Notes under the pieces: model-generated
Databases searched by the model: none
What the model saw: the letters and a program-made list of their open reading frames with translations, nothing else
Told to the model about the DNA's origin: nothing
Translations under genes and position numbers: made by a program
Part shown: positions 35,073 through 49,039 of the stretch, piece after piece
Numbering within the stretch: position 1 is the first letter of the stretch
Layout of the letters: every line of letters starts with the position of its first letter
Source: the human T2T-CHM13v2.0 reference genome, Homo sapiens
Reading direction: 5' to 3' (one strand)
DNA: 64,000 bases
NCBI RefSeq assembly: GCF_009914755.1
Contig: NC_060928.1

Positions 35073-37787
35073 TGATAGAATTCAGTCATGAATCCATCTG
35101 GTCCTAGCCTTTCATTGTTGGCGATTTTTTAATTACTCTTAATCTCGCTACTTGTTATCGGTCTGTTCAGAATTTGTTTCTTCCTGGTTTAATCTACGAG
35201 GGTTGTATATTTCCAGGAATGTATCTATCTCCTCTAGGTTTTCTAGTTTGTGTGCATAAAGGTGTTCATAGTAGTCTTGAATGATCTTTATCCATTCTGC
35301 CATTCTGTATCTTTTAAGTGGACCATTTACACCATTTATAGTCAACTTTAGTATTGAGATGTAAGGTACTATTCTATTCATCATGCTAGTTGTTGCCTGA
35401 ATACCTTGGGCTTTTTTTCATTGTGTTATTGTTTTATAGATCCTGTGAGATTTATGCTTTAAGGAGGTTCTATTTTGGTGTATTTCAAGATTTTCTTTCA
35501 AGATTTAGGACTCCTTTCAGCATTTCTTGTAATGCTGGCTTGGTAGTGGCGAATTCGCTCAGCATTTCTTTGTCTGAAAAAGACTTTATCTCTCTTTCAT
35601 TTATGAAGCTTAGTTTCACTAGATACAAAATTCTTGGCTGAAGAGAGGCTAAAGAGAGGACCCCAATCACTTCTGCCTTGCAGGGTTTCTGCTGAGAAAA
35701 CTGCTGGAAATCCGATAGGTTTTCCTTTATAGATTACCTGATGCTTTTGCTTCACAGCTCTTGAGATTCTTTACTTCATCTTGACTTTTGATAACCTGAT
35801 GACCATGTGCCTAGGTGATGATGTTTTGTGAAGAATTTTCCAGGTGTTCTTTGAGGTTCTTGTATTTAGATGTCTAGATCTCTGGCAAGACCAGGGAAGT
35901 TTTCCTTGATTGTTCCCTCAAATAAGTTTTCCAAACTTTTAGATTTCTCTTATTCCTCAGGAACACCAATTATTCTTAGATTTGGTCATTTAACATAATT
36001 CCCAAATTTCTTGGAGGCTTTGTTCATTTTTTTTATTCTCTTTTGTCTTTGTTGGATTGGGTTAATTCAAAAGCCTGGTCTTTGGGCTCTTATGTTTTCT
36101 TCTATTTGTGCAATTCTATTGCTGAAACTTTCCACTGTATTTAGCATTTCACTAAGTGTCTGTTTCATTTCCAGATTATGATTGTCTTTTCTTTATGATA
36201 TCTATTTCTCTGGAGACTGTTTCTTCCATATCCTTTATTTTTTTTTAATTTCTTTAAGTCGGTTTTCACCTTCCTCTGGTATCTCCTTGAGTAGCTTAAA
36301 TAATCAACCTTTTGAATTCTTTTTCTGGCAATTCAGAGATTTATTCTTGGTTTGGATCCATTGCTGGAGAGCTAGTGTGATCTCCTGGGGATGCTATTAA
36401 AGAATCTTGTTTTGTCATATTACCAGAGTTACTTTTCTGATTTCTTCTCATTTGGGTAGATTGTTTCAGTGGAAAGATCTGGGACTCAATGGCTGCTGTT
36501 CAGGTTCTGTCCCATGGGGTGATCCCTTGATGTGGTTCTCTCCCCCTTCCTCTAGGAATGGGGCTTCCTGAGAGCCAGACTGCAGTGATTGTTACTGCCC
36601 TTCTGGGTCTAGCCACCCTTCAGGGCTACCAGACTCCAGGCTGGCAATGGGGAATGTCTGCAAAGAGTACTGTGATGTGATCCACCTTCAGGTCTCCCAG
36701 CCATGGATACCAGCACCTGCTCCATTGGAGGTGGCAGGGGAGTAAAGTGGACTCTGTGGGAGTCCTTGGTTGTAATTTAGTGCACTGGTTTTCTTGAATG
36801 CTGGTTATGTTAGCAGTGAAGTTGTCACAAGGATAGACTCAGGACCTCTAGTTAGCTAGGGTGTGCAGGTGGTAGAATTACCTGTTGTATTCTCCTTCTC
36901 TGGGGCAGAGTTGTTCTGAGTTGCTGTAGTGGCTTGAGTTCATTGGCCTCTAGCGAGGAAGTGATGCTTTCAAGAGCTTGCCAGCTGCAGTAGTAGAAGG
37001 GAGATATAATTTTGCCCTACTTTGGCCAGGATGAGTACTCAGGTTTCTTGGGTAATGGGCAGGGCCACAGAGCTCCCTAGAAATTACATCTTTTGATTTT
37101 GGCTACCAAGATGGGGAGAGAAAAACCATCAGGTGGGGGCAGGGTTAGGCAGGTCTGAGCTCAGATTCTCCCTGGGCGGGACTTGCTGTGGCCACTATGT
37201 AGTGGGGAAAGGGTGGCTCCCAGGCCAATTAAGTTATGTTCCCAGGGGGATTATGGCTGCCTCTGCTGCATCATACAGGTTGCCAGGGAAGTGGGGGAAA
37301 GCTGACAGTGACAGACCTCACCCAACTCCCCCACAGTCAGCAAGACCAGTCTCACTCCCACCATGCCTCCCTAACCGCACTGGAGTTATATCCAGTCAGC
37401 CAGCAAGCTGGGCTGAGATCTTGCCACAAGCTACAAGCCTTCCTGCTGAGAAAGCAAGCAGGGCTCTCAGGCCTTGCCTCCCCACCTGCCAACATGTTCA
37501 GCTGCAGCTTCTGCGCTCATATATGCACTTCCCATTTGCCCCTCACCCCAGATGCTACTCAGGGAAGTTCACGCTTAGTCAAAATTATCACAAAATTCAG
37601 CTAGGAGGTTCCTTCACTCTGTAGCCCCTTCCCAATTCTGCTGGCTGCCTTCCCTTCCCCAAGGACCTCTGTGAGGTAACGCCAGGAATAGCTTCCATGG
37701 GCTCGAGCTAAGGACTGGGAGTACCTACGGGGCTCCTCCTGCTGCTTCTTCTACTTTTATATTTCACTTGGCTCCCTAAATCCATTT

Positions 37788-38375
37788 TGTCATGCACGTC
37801 CATGTGAAGAGTCCACCAAACAGGCTTTGTGTGAGCAACAAGGCTGTTTATTTCACCTGCGTGCAGGTGGGCTGAGTCTGAAAAAGGAGTCAGCAAAGGG
37901 TGGTGGGATTATCATTAGTTCTTATAGATTTGGGATAGGAGGTGGAGTTAGGAGCAATTTTTTGTAGGCAGGGGGTGGATCTTGTAGTACATTCTCAAGG
38001 GTGGGAAGAATATTACAAATTACCTTCTTAAGGGCAGGGAAGGATATTACAAAGTACCTTTTTAAGGGCGGGGGAAGATATTACAAAGCATCTTCTCAAA
38101 GGTGTGGAGGGTGTATCATACGAAGTACATTCACAAGGGTGGGGGAATATCGCAAAGTATATTATCGCAAGGGCGGGGAGGGTGTATTGTCACAAAGTCA
38201 ATTTATCAGTTAGGGTGGGGCAGGAACAAATCACAATGGTGGAATGTCATCAGTTAAGGCAGGAACTGGCTATTTTCACTTCTTTTGTGGATCTTCACTT
38301 GCTTCAGGCCATCTAGATGTATACATGCAGGTCACAGGGGATATGATGGCTTAGCTTGGGCTCAGAGGCCTGACA
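37788..38375 (-). mobile_element. HERV-H solo LTR (LTR7 family)
   Basis: Minus strand starts TGTCAGGCCTCTGAGCCCAAGCTAAGCC and ends ...GCATGACA; perfect 5-bp TSD cattt; TATA-like (tcttata about 37920) and AATAAA (tttatt 37847-37852) present. Confidence 0.95.
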
Positions 38376-41300
38376 CATTTCCCCAGTGGGTATGTGTGTT
38401 CGGAAGCCAACTTTTCCCCCCTCACACTTTGGGAACTCACAGTTTTTTGCTGTCTCACAGCATTTGCAGTGACAAGCCACTTCTTACAAAGGGTCTGTGA
38501 ATTCTTTCAGTTTTCCTGATATGTTCCTGTGGTGGTTCTTGGAGTAAAAGTTCACAGTGTGAGTCTCCAGACCCTGTTCTGTCCATCTAAGCGGGAGCTG
38601 CACATTAGTCCTGTCTCCTATCTGCCATCTTTTCCAGCATCTCCCCCACAAAAACAATTCTTATTGAAGTTACCAATGATTTTCTTGTTAGCAATCCATC
38701 TTATATGCCTAGCAGTATTGATATCAAGAACTCCTTCCTTCAAGAAAAGTTTATTTCATCAGCTTCTAGCACTCAGCTTTCTCCTGATTTTCTACTTACT
38801 GCTCCAACTAGTCCTTCTTAGACTCCTTTGCAGGCTCATCTATCTCTAACCCGTCAGTAAATGCTGCTGGTGTTCCTCAAGGTTCCATCCTATGCCCACA
38901 CATAGAACAGTGCCTGACAATAGTAAATACTGAGTATTTGCAATTATCATCTAAACGCTCACTCTAAACTCTCTACCTAAGCAATCCCTTCCATTCCTTA
39001 TTGCTCAAAACTTTAGTAACTGTTTCTACACAGATGATATATTTCTTGCCCGGATTTCCCCTCTGAGTTTCTGACCCATACATACTTGATGTCTCCTATC
39101 CTATCTCCAAAGCACCTGAAATCAGCATGTTTAAAATTAAACTCATGATCTCCCTGCCGAATACCAACAAACCTGCTCTTATGCAGTGTTTTTTGCGAAT
39201 GGCGCCACCACTCATCCAGATTTATACATCAGAAACACATTTCCTAGATTCAGTTCATCACAAAGTATTGTTGATTTCCTAAATCTCATTTGACCACTTG
39301 TCTCCATTTCTATTCTCACTATCCTAGACTCAATTTTCCATTACCTCTCACATGAGGTAATGGGTACTACAAACATGGGTATTGCTGCACTGTTTGAGCC
39401 CCTTTCAACCTTTTCTCCATACTATAGCCAGAATCATCTTTCCTAATACATCATGTATCCTCCTACTTGAAATCTTTCAATACTTCTTAGGATAAAGTTC
39501 AAAACCCTTAACATGGCCTCCAAAGATCTGCATCATCTAGACCTACAGCCTCATCTCATACCCATGTTCTCCTCCTCTGCATTCCATGGCTGTTCAATTC
39601 CTGACTCACAATGTTCTTTGTCACCAAAAGATCTTTACCCATGCTGTTCCTTCTGAATGAAAGGCTTTACAGTCAGCCCTCTGTGTCTGTGTGATCACTT
39701 CCTTGGAGTCAACTAACTGCAGATCAAAAATATTTGGGGGAGGGGAGTGGCAAGATGGCTGACTAGAAGCAGCTAGTGTGTGCTGCTCTCACAGAAGGGA
39801 GACAGAGTGGCCAGTAAACACTAGCTCTTTAACTAAACAGTCCAAGAGGACATGTTGGGATTCATAAAGGAAGCAATGTAGTCAACATAAAACAGAAAAA
39901 AGACAGGACAGCTGCCCACCTGGGATTGGCACAGTGCCAAGTGAGGCTCCCCCCTGCAGGAAAATGGTGAATAAGAGCCCCAGGAAACCATGTTTCTGCC
40001 ATGAACCTTTGCAATTTCAGGCTCTGGAGACCTCCCCTGACCCCCTTCCCCTGTGGCCTCCAGGCTGACACAGAAAGCGTGTGGAGTGTGCCACTCAGGC
40101 ACAAATGGAGGGCCAAGGGTCTTGGAACCGTGAGCACTCCTGCACCAGCAGCTGTAGCTTTGCCAACAAAGGAGGCCAGGTTCTCACGCATACCCCCAGG
40201 AGAGAGGCTGCATCCACAGTACTGAGAAGCAGACGAACTACAGGCCTTGCCCCAACTACACCTCCCTAGGCAAAGCCCACTGGCCTGGGATCCCAATGCA
40301 GCCACCCCACCCCTGCCTGAGCTCTCAGGCTGGTAGCAGCTCTGCAATTCCCTGGAACAGAGCTCCCAGGAGTAAAAGACAGGCCTGCCATTTTTGCTGC
40401 TGCACAGCCCCCACCCCAACTGCTATCAGAATCAGGAGGGAGCAAAGAGGTTAGGGACTATCTTGAGCCTCCAGCACAGCATAGCATGCCTTGCAGAAAA
40501 AGAGGCCACACTATTTTCCACGCAGGTCCCTCCTCCTGTTACTCCTCCTTGGGCAGGGCCTTCAGACTTGCCCCCAACAAGCCCCCCTCCCTGCTCCCAC
40601 ACCCCAAGCACAGTCACCCCACCCCCACTGAGCTCTCAGCTGGTAGTAGCTCTGCACTTCCCTAGGATGGAGTTCCCAGTGGCAGCAGGCAGGCCCGCCA
40701 TTTTTTGCCACTACTGCAGCCCCTGACCCTACTGCCCTCTGGCTTGGAATGGAAAGAAGAGCTTAAGGACTATCACAGGCCCCCAGCACAGCACAGCTCC
40801 TTTATAGAAAAGCAACCAGACTGTTTTCCACACAGGTCCCTGTCCATGTGCTACTCCTTACTACACAGGGCCTCCTGGACTGGGCCCCCAGCACAGCCAC
40901 CCAGCCCCCGCCTGATCAGTCAGTGGCAGCTCTGTGTTTGCCTGGTGGGGAAATCCCAGAGACAACCCTCTGCCATTGCGGGGCTTCAGCGGTACGGCCC
41001 TAGCTGCCCTTGGGCTGCAGAACGAACAAAGAGCCTGGTTGCTTCACTGGTACCTCCAGCATGTCGCAGCCACCACAGGGAGAGGAACCAGTCTCTCTTC
41101 CCTATGAGCCCCCACCGCCTACTCTTCACCATGTAGGGCCTCTGGCTTTGGCCCCCAGAGCAGCTGCCCCACCCCCAGCTGAATATTCCCATTCGCAGTG
41201 GCTCTGCATTTCCCAGGGGCGGAGCTCCCACAGGCAACTGACAGCTCCTCTGCCACTGCCACTGCAATGGTACTGCCCTTGCTAACTACCCTCAGACTGG

Positions 41301-41869
41301 GGAAGAAAGAAAGACCCTGAGTGCCTTACTCTCACCTCCAGCATGCAGCAGCTGCCCTATGAAGAGGCTAGTCTGTCTTCCCTGTGAGCCCCCAATTCCC
41401 CTGCTCTTCACCAGGCAGGGCCCCCCCAGCTTGGGCCCACAACACACTGGGATGATTATTCTGATGGACAATGGCTATGTATATCCCTGGGGTGCAACCA
41501 AAAGAGACACATGAAAAGCCCTCTACCACTGACACTGCCAAGGTCCCCCTCTCTGCTACCCCCAAGACGGAAAGAGAACAAAAAGTCTGGCTTGCCCCAG
41601 GGCTGCAGTGCCAAGCCTGGGAGTACCAAGCTGAGGTCTGCAGCACTCAAGTGGGAGAGGAGCCCACACCCTCCTCTCCCACTTGAGAGGAGGCTCACTT
41701 GGAGCACTGAGAAGGTACATGACTGCAAATGGAAGGAAATACAAAGGAGCCACAGGGCTGAGCAAGAGCCTACCTACTGGCCAGTATGCTTAAACACATC
41801 ACAGCCCAAACTTCAACACCAAAAATACTTTGCTAATATACCGCCTATGAAAACACAGACAAGAATTCA

Positions 41870-42178
<309 letters not shown>

Positions 42179-42543
42179 AGAATTCAACAGAGTTGGCTCT
42201 CTGAAAACATCCAGAAATGAAGGCAAGTGACTACAGTCAAGTTACACCATGATTAAAGGAACATTAGCGCCCACACAGATGAGAAACAGCCAGTGCAATA
42301 ACTCTGGCAACTCTAAAAGCCAAAGAGTCTCCTTATTTACAAATGACCACACTAGCTCCCCAACACTGATTCTTAACCAGAAGGAAATGGCTGAAATGAC
42401 AGACACAGAATTCAGAATCTAGATGGCAATTAAGATTATCGAGATTCAGGAGACAACTGAAACCCATTCCAAGGAATCTAAGGAATCCAGTAGAACAATT
42501 CAAAAGATAAAAATATGAAAATAGCCATTTTAAGAAAGAACCA

Positions 42544-42850
<307 letters not shown>

Positions 42851-45800
42851 AGAAAGAACCAAACTGAGCTGATAGACCTGAAAACCTGCCTATAAGAATT
42901 TCATAACAATCAGAAGTATTAATAGCAGAACAGATCAAGCTGGGGAATGAATCTCAGAGCTCAAAGAACAGTTCTTCAAATTAACTCAGTCAGATAATAA
43001 AGAGAATTTTTTTAAATGAACAAAACCTCCAAGAAATATGGAATTATGTAAAGATGCCAAATCTATGACTCATTAGCATCCCTGAAAGAGAAGGGTAGGT
43101 CATATACAAAGGAAACTCCATCAGGCTAACAACAGAACTTTCAGCAGAAACACTACAAGCCAGAAGAGATTTGGGGCTTATATTCAGCATCCTTAAAGAA
43201 AAGAAATTCCAACCAAGAATTTCATATGCAGCCAAACTAAGCTTCATAAGTGAAGGAAAAATTAAATCCTTTTCAGACAAGCAAATGCTAAGGGCATTTG
43301 TTACCACCAGGTCTGCCTTACAAGAGGTCCATAAGACAGTACTAAATATGAAAATGAAAGACCATTACTGATCACCACAAAAACACACTCAAGTACACAC
43401 TCTATTAACACTATAAAGCAAATATAATAATACAATCAAGTCTACATAACAATCAGCTAATAACATGATGACAGGATAAATTCCACACATAACAATATTA
43501 ATCTTGAATGTAAACAGGTTAAATGCACCTCTTAAAAAGCACAGCATGGAAAACGGGATAAAGAAGCAAGACCCAACTGTATGCTGTCTTCAAGAGACCA
43601 TCTCACATAGAAGGACACTCACATGCTCAAAGTTAAGGGATGGAAGAAATCTATCAAGCAAATGGAAAACAAAAAGGAGCAGGGGTTGCTATTCTTATTC
43701 CAGACAAAACCAACTTTAAACCAACAATGATCAAAAAGGACAAAGAAGGGCATCACATAATGATAAAAAGGTTCAATTCAACAAGACTTAACTATCCTAA
43801 ATATATATATATGCAGTCAACATTGGAGCACCCAGATTCATAAAACAAGTTCATAGAGACTTACAAAGAGATGTAGATAACCATAAACTAATAGTAGGAG
43901 ACTTCAACATCCCACTGAAAGTACTGGGCAGATCACTGAGGCAGAATACTAACAAAGATATTCAGGATCTAAACTTGGTACTTGACCAAATGAACCTAAC
44001 AAACATCTACAGAACACTCCACTCAAAAACAACAGAATATACGTTCTTCTCATCTGCACAAGGAACATACTCTAAAACTGACTACACACTGGGCCATAAA
44101 GCAATTCTCAACAAATTCAAAAAACCAAAATCATACCAACCTCACTCTCATACCACAGCACAGTAAAAACAGAAATCAATACTGACAAGATCTCTCAAAA
44201 CATACAATTAAATGGACATTAAACAATCTACTCCTGAATGACTTTTGGGTAAACAATGAAATTCAGGCAGAAATCAAGAAATTATCTGAAACTAATTAAA
44301 ACAAAGATGCAACATATGAAAATCTCTGGGACACAGCTAAAGTAGTGTCAAAAGCAAAGTTCACAGCACTAAATGCCCACATACATCAAAAAGTTAGAAA
44401 GATCTCAAATTAACAACCTAACATCACACCTAGGGAACCTGAAAAACAAGAACAAACCAACTCCAAAGCTAGCGGAAGAACAGAACCAAAATCAGAGCTG
44501 AACTGAATGAAATAGATGAGAAAAACCATACAAAAGATTAACAAAACCAAAAGTTGGTTCTTTAAAAGAATAAATAAGATTGATAGACTGCTAGCTATAC
44601 TAATTTTTTTAAAAAGGGACAAGATCCAAAGAAACACAATCAGAAATGACAAAGGGGACATTACCACCAACCCCATAGAAATTTTTTTTAATCCTCAGAG
44701 ACCATTACAAACACCTCTATGCACATAAACTAGAAAACCTAGAAGAAATGGATAAATTCTTAAACATATTATCTCCCAAGATTGAACCAGGATGAAATTG
44801 ACACCCCGAACAGACAAATAACAAACAGTGAGTAAATCAGTAATAAAAATCCTACCAGCTAGAAAAAGCCCTGGACAAGAAAGATTCACAGCTGAATTCT
44901 ACGAGATGTAAAAAGAACTGGTACCAATTCTACTGAAACTATTCCAAAAAGTCAAGGAGGGACTCCTTCCTAACTCATTCTGTGAGGCAAACATCATTCT
45001 GACACCAAAACCTGGCACAGACATAATGAAAAAAAAGAAAACTTTAGGCCAGTATCTCTGATGAACATAGATGCAAAAATCCTCAACAAAATACCGGCAA
45101 AACAAATCCAGCAGCACATGAAAAAGCTAATCCACCATGATCAAGTATGCTTTATTCCTGGGATGCAAGGTTAATTCAACATAGGCAAATCAATAAATGT
45201 GATTATCACATGAACAGAACTAAAAACAAAAACTACATAATCTTCACAAGAGACAGAGAAAAGGCTTTAGGTAAAATTCAACATCTCTTCATCTTAAAAA
45301 CCCTCAACAAACTAAGCATTAAAGGTACATACCTCAAAATAATAAAAGCCATCTAAACAAACCCATAACCAATATCATACTGAACAGGTAAAAGCTGGAA
45401 GCATTCCCTTTGAGAACTGCAACAAGACAAGGATGCCCACTCTCACCACTCCTATTCAACATAATATTATAAGTCCTAGCCAGAGCAATCAGGCAAGAGA
45501 AAGAAATAAAGTGCATTCAAATAGGAAGAGGGGAAGTAAAATGATCTCTCTTTACAGATGATGTAATGCTATACTAGAAAACCCTATCGTCTATGCCCAA
45601 AGGCTCCTAGATCTGATAAACATCTTCTGGAAAGTTTCAGGATACAAAATCAATGTACAAAAATCAGTAGTATTTATCTATACAAATAATATCCAAGCTG
45701 AAAGCCAAATAAAGAAGGCAATTCCATTCACAATAGCCACACAAATAAAATACTTAGCAATACAGCTAACCAGAGAGGTAAAGCAATTCTACAATGAGAA

Positions 45801-48087
45801 TTATAACACACTGCTGAAAAAATCAGAAGCAACACAAACAAATGAAAAAAAAATATTCTATGCTCATGGATAGGAAGAATCAATATTGTTAAAATGGCCA
45901 CAATGCCCAAAGCAATTTACAGATTCAATGCTATTCCTATCACACTACCAATGACATTTTTAACATAATTACAAAAAACCATTCTAAAATTCATTTGGAA
46001 CCAAAAAAGAGCCAAAGAGTCATAGCAACAGCAATCCTAAGCAAAAAGAACAAAGCTGGAGGCATCACACTACTCAACTTCAAAATATACTAAAAGGCTA
46101 CAGTAACTAAAACAGCATTGTACTGGCACAAAAACAGACACACAGACCAATGGAATAGGTTAGAGAATCCAGAAATAAAGCTGCACACCTAAAACTATCA
46201 AATCTTCAACAAAGTCGACAAAAACAAGCAATGGGGAAAGGACTTCCTATTCAATAAATGGTGCTGGGATAACTGGCTAGACATATGCAGAAAATTGAAA
46301 CTGAACCCCTGCCTTTCACCATACACAAAAATCAACTCAGGACGCATTAAAGACTTAAATGTAAAACCTAAAGCTACAAAAACCCTAGAAGAAAACCTAA
46401 GAAATACCATTCTGGACATGGGCCCAGGTAAAAACTTGATGAAGATTCCAAAAGCAAATGCAAGAAAAACTGACAAGTGGAACATAATTAAAGAGTTTCT
46501 GCATAGCAAAAGAAACTATCAACAGAGTAAACAGACAACCTACAAAATGGGAGAATATATTTGCAAACTATGCATCCAACAAAGGTCTAACATCCAGAAT
46601 CTATCAGGAACTCAAATGAACAAGCAAAAAATGACAACATTAAAAAATGGGCAAGGATGTGAACAGACATTTCTCAAAAGAAGACATACGTGCAGCCAAC
46701 AAGCATACGAAAAAATGCTCACTATCACTAAACACTAAGGAAATGCAAATCAAAACCAACATGAGATACCATCTCACGCCACTCAGATTGGCTATTATTA
46801 AAAAAGCTAAAAAACAACAGATGCTGGTGGTTGTGGAGAAAAGAGAACGTTTATACACTGCTGGTGGAATATAAATTAGTTCAGCCACTGTGGAAAACAG
46901 TCTGGAGATTTCTCAAAGAACTTAAAATGGAACTACCATTTGATTCAGCAATCCCATTACTGCATATATTCCCAAAGGAATATAAATTATTCTACCATGA
47001 AGACTCATGCCCTCATTGCGGCACTGTTCACAACAGCAAAGACATGGAACCAACCTAGATCCCCATCAATAGTGGACTGGATAAAGAAAATGTGGTACAT
47101 ATGCACCATGGAATACAACACAGCTACAAAAAAAAATTAGATTATGAGATCATGACCTTTGCAGCAACATGAATGGAGCTGGAGGCCATTATCCTAAGTA
47201 TCCTAATACCACATGCAAAAATGTGGCATTTGGTTTTCTGTTCCTGCATTAATTCATTTAGAATAAGTGGGAGCTAAACCCTGAGTATACATGGACACAA
47301 AAAAGGGAACAATACACACTGGGGCCTACTTGAAAGTGGAGGGTGGGAGGATGGAGAAGATTGAAAAACTACCTATCAGGTATTATGCTGATGACCTGGG
47401 TGACAAAATTATCTGTACACCAAACCCCTGTGACATGTAATTTACCCATATAACAAACCTACATATGTACCCCCTAAATCTAAAATAAAGTTGGAAAGGA
47501 AAAAAAAGAAAATATCCGGGGGGGGAACAATAAAAATAAGAACAATTAAAAATAATGCAAATAAAAAACAATATAACAGCTATTTTCATTGCATTAGATA
47601 TTGTAAGTAATCTAGAGATGATGTAAAGTATATGGGAGGATATGCATAAGCTATATGCAAATACTACACCATTTTATGTAAGGGACTTGAGCATCCACAG
47701 ATTTTGGTATTCTCAGAGGATCCTGGAACCAATCCCCAAAGATACTGAGGGCCAACTGTACTCTAACTTTAGTTCAACAATCCTTGCCTCAGAGAAGCCA
47801 TTCCTGACCTTCTAGAATAGGTCAAATTCCCCTAATTATTTAATAGCAATAAGAGCTTCTCATTTTTATAATGCATATTTTGGTTGCAATTTTATATGTG
47901 TGTGATTAAGTCTGCTTGACCCCACCATACTGTATTACTCTGTGAGCTCCAGAAACTTCGAGTTCGGTTTTTTGTTGTTTTTTTGTCACCATTCTACCTC
48001 CTATTACTAGCAGTGTTACATATGTAGTATGAATAAATAAATATTTCGTGAATGAATGAACAATCTGAATACTTAAGAATTTTTCCT

Positions 48088-48400
<313 letters not shown>

Positions 48401-49033
48401 GTGTCTTAAATGTATCTCCACATTTCCCTCACCCTGCCTACCACTTATTCAAATTTCCAGGGAGGGGGTCTCCTGATGTATGTTTCAAATTTATTTTTAA
48501 AAATATTCTGCAGGTAATACTGATACCATCTCCATTTGGATTATTAGGCCAAAGCTTTCTAATTAAATTGCTGGTATTAACAATTACTCAAACTGAAAGC
48601 ATACTGCCTAAGAGAAAATAGTCGATTCACTTTGCAAATTCAGTTATAAAGTGAAAGCAAGCATCAAAGTCGCATAAAAAGCCAAAGGAATCTGATCAAG
48701 AAATATTCCAAGATATGAACTGAGAGTCAGAACAGATTTATCTCAATGATCTCCCCAACTATGGCACAATGTAATGACTAAAGAATATTTTACTGCATAT
48801 ATCCAATATACTCAGAGATGAGTAGGCAAGGTGTGGGTATCAAAACAAATACAAAATATTTAGTACCCACTCAGTATCTGTTGAGTTACTTAATTAGCTA
48901 AATGAATGAACACAGTATGGTCTCTTCCCTCAAAAGTTTTACAATTGAATTGAAAGACAAATTTTTAAACTCTACTCTTATAGTTGCAGAGAAAGATAAA
49001 ATTAACATCAGAAAGTTTAAAATCATTAAATAC

Positions 49034-49039
49034 TTTATT
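49034..49039 (-). promoter_or_regulatory. CBR4: Candidate distal polyadenylation signal AATAAA
   Basis: tttatt on plus, followed on minus by U-rich sequence; a second AATAAA lies at 49181-49176. Confidence 0.6.

Noticed and set aside
37981-38191. Regularly spaced ~34-bp repeats as a CRISPR-like array
   Set aside because: Head-to-tail degenerate units without unique spacers, inside an LTR7 U3; eukaryotic DNA with no cas genes
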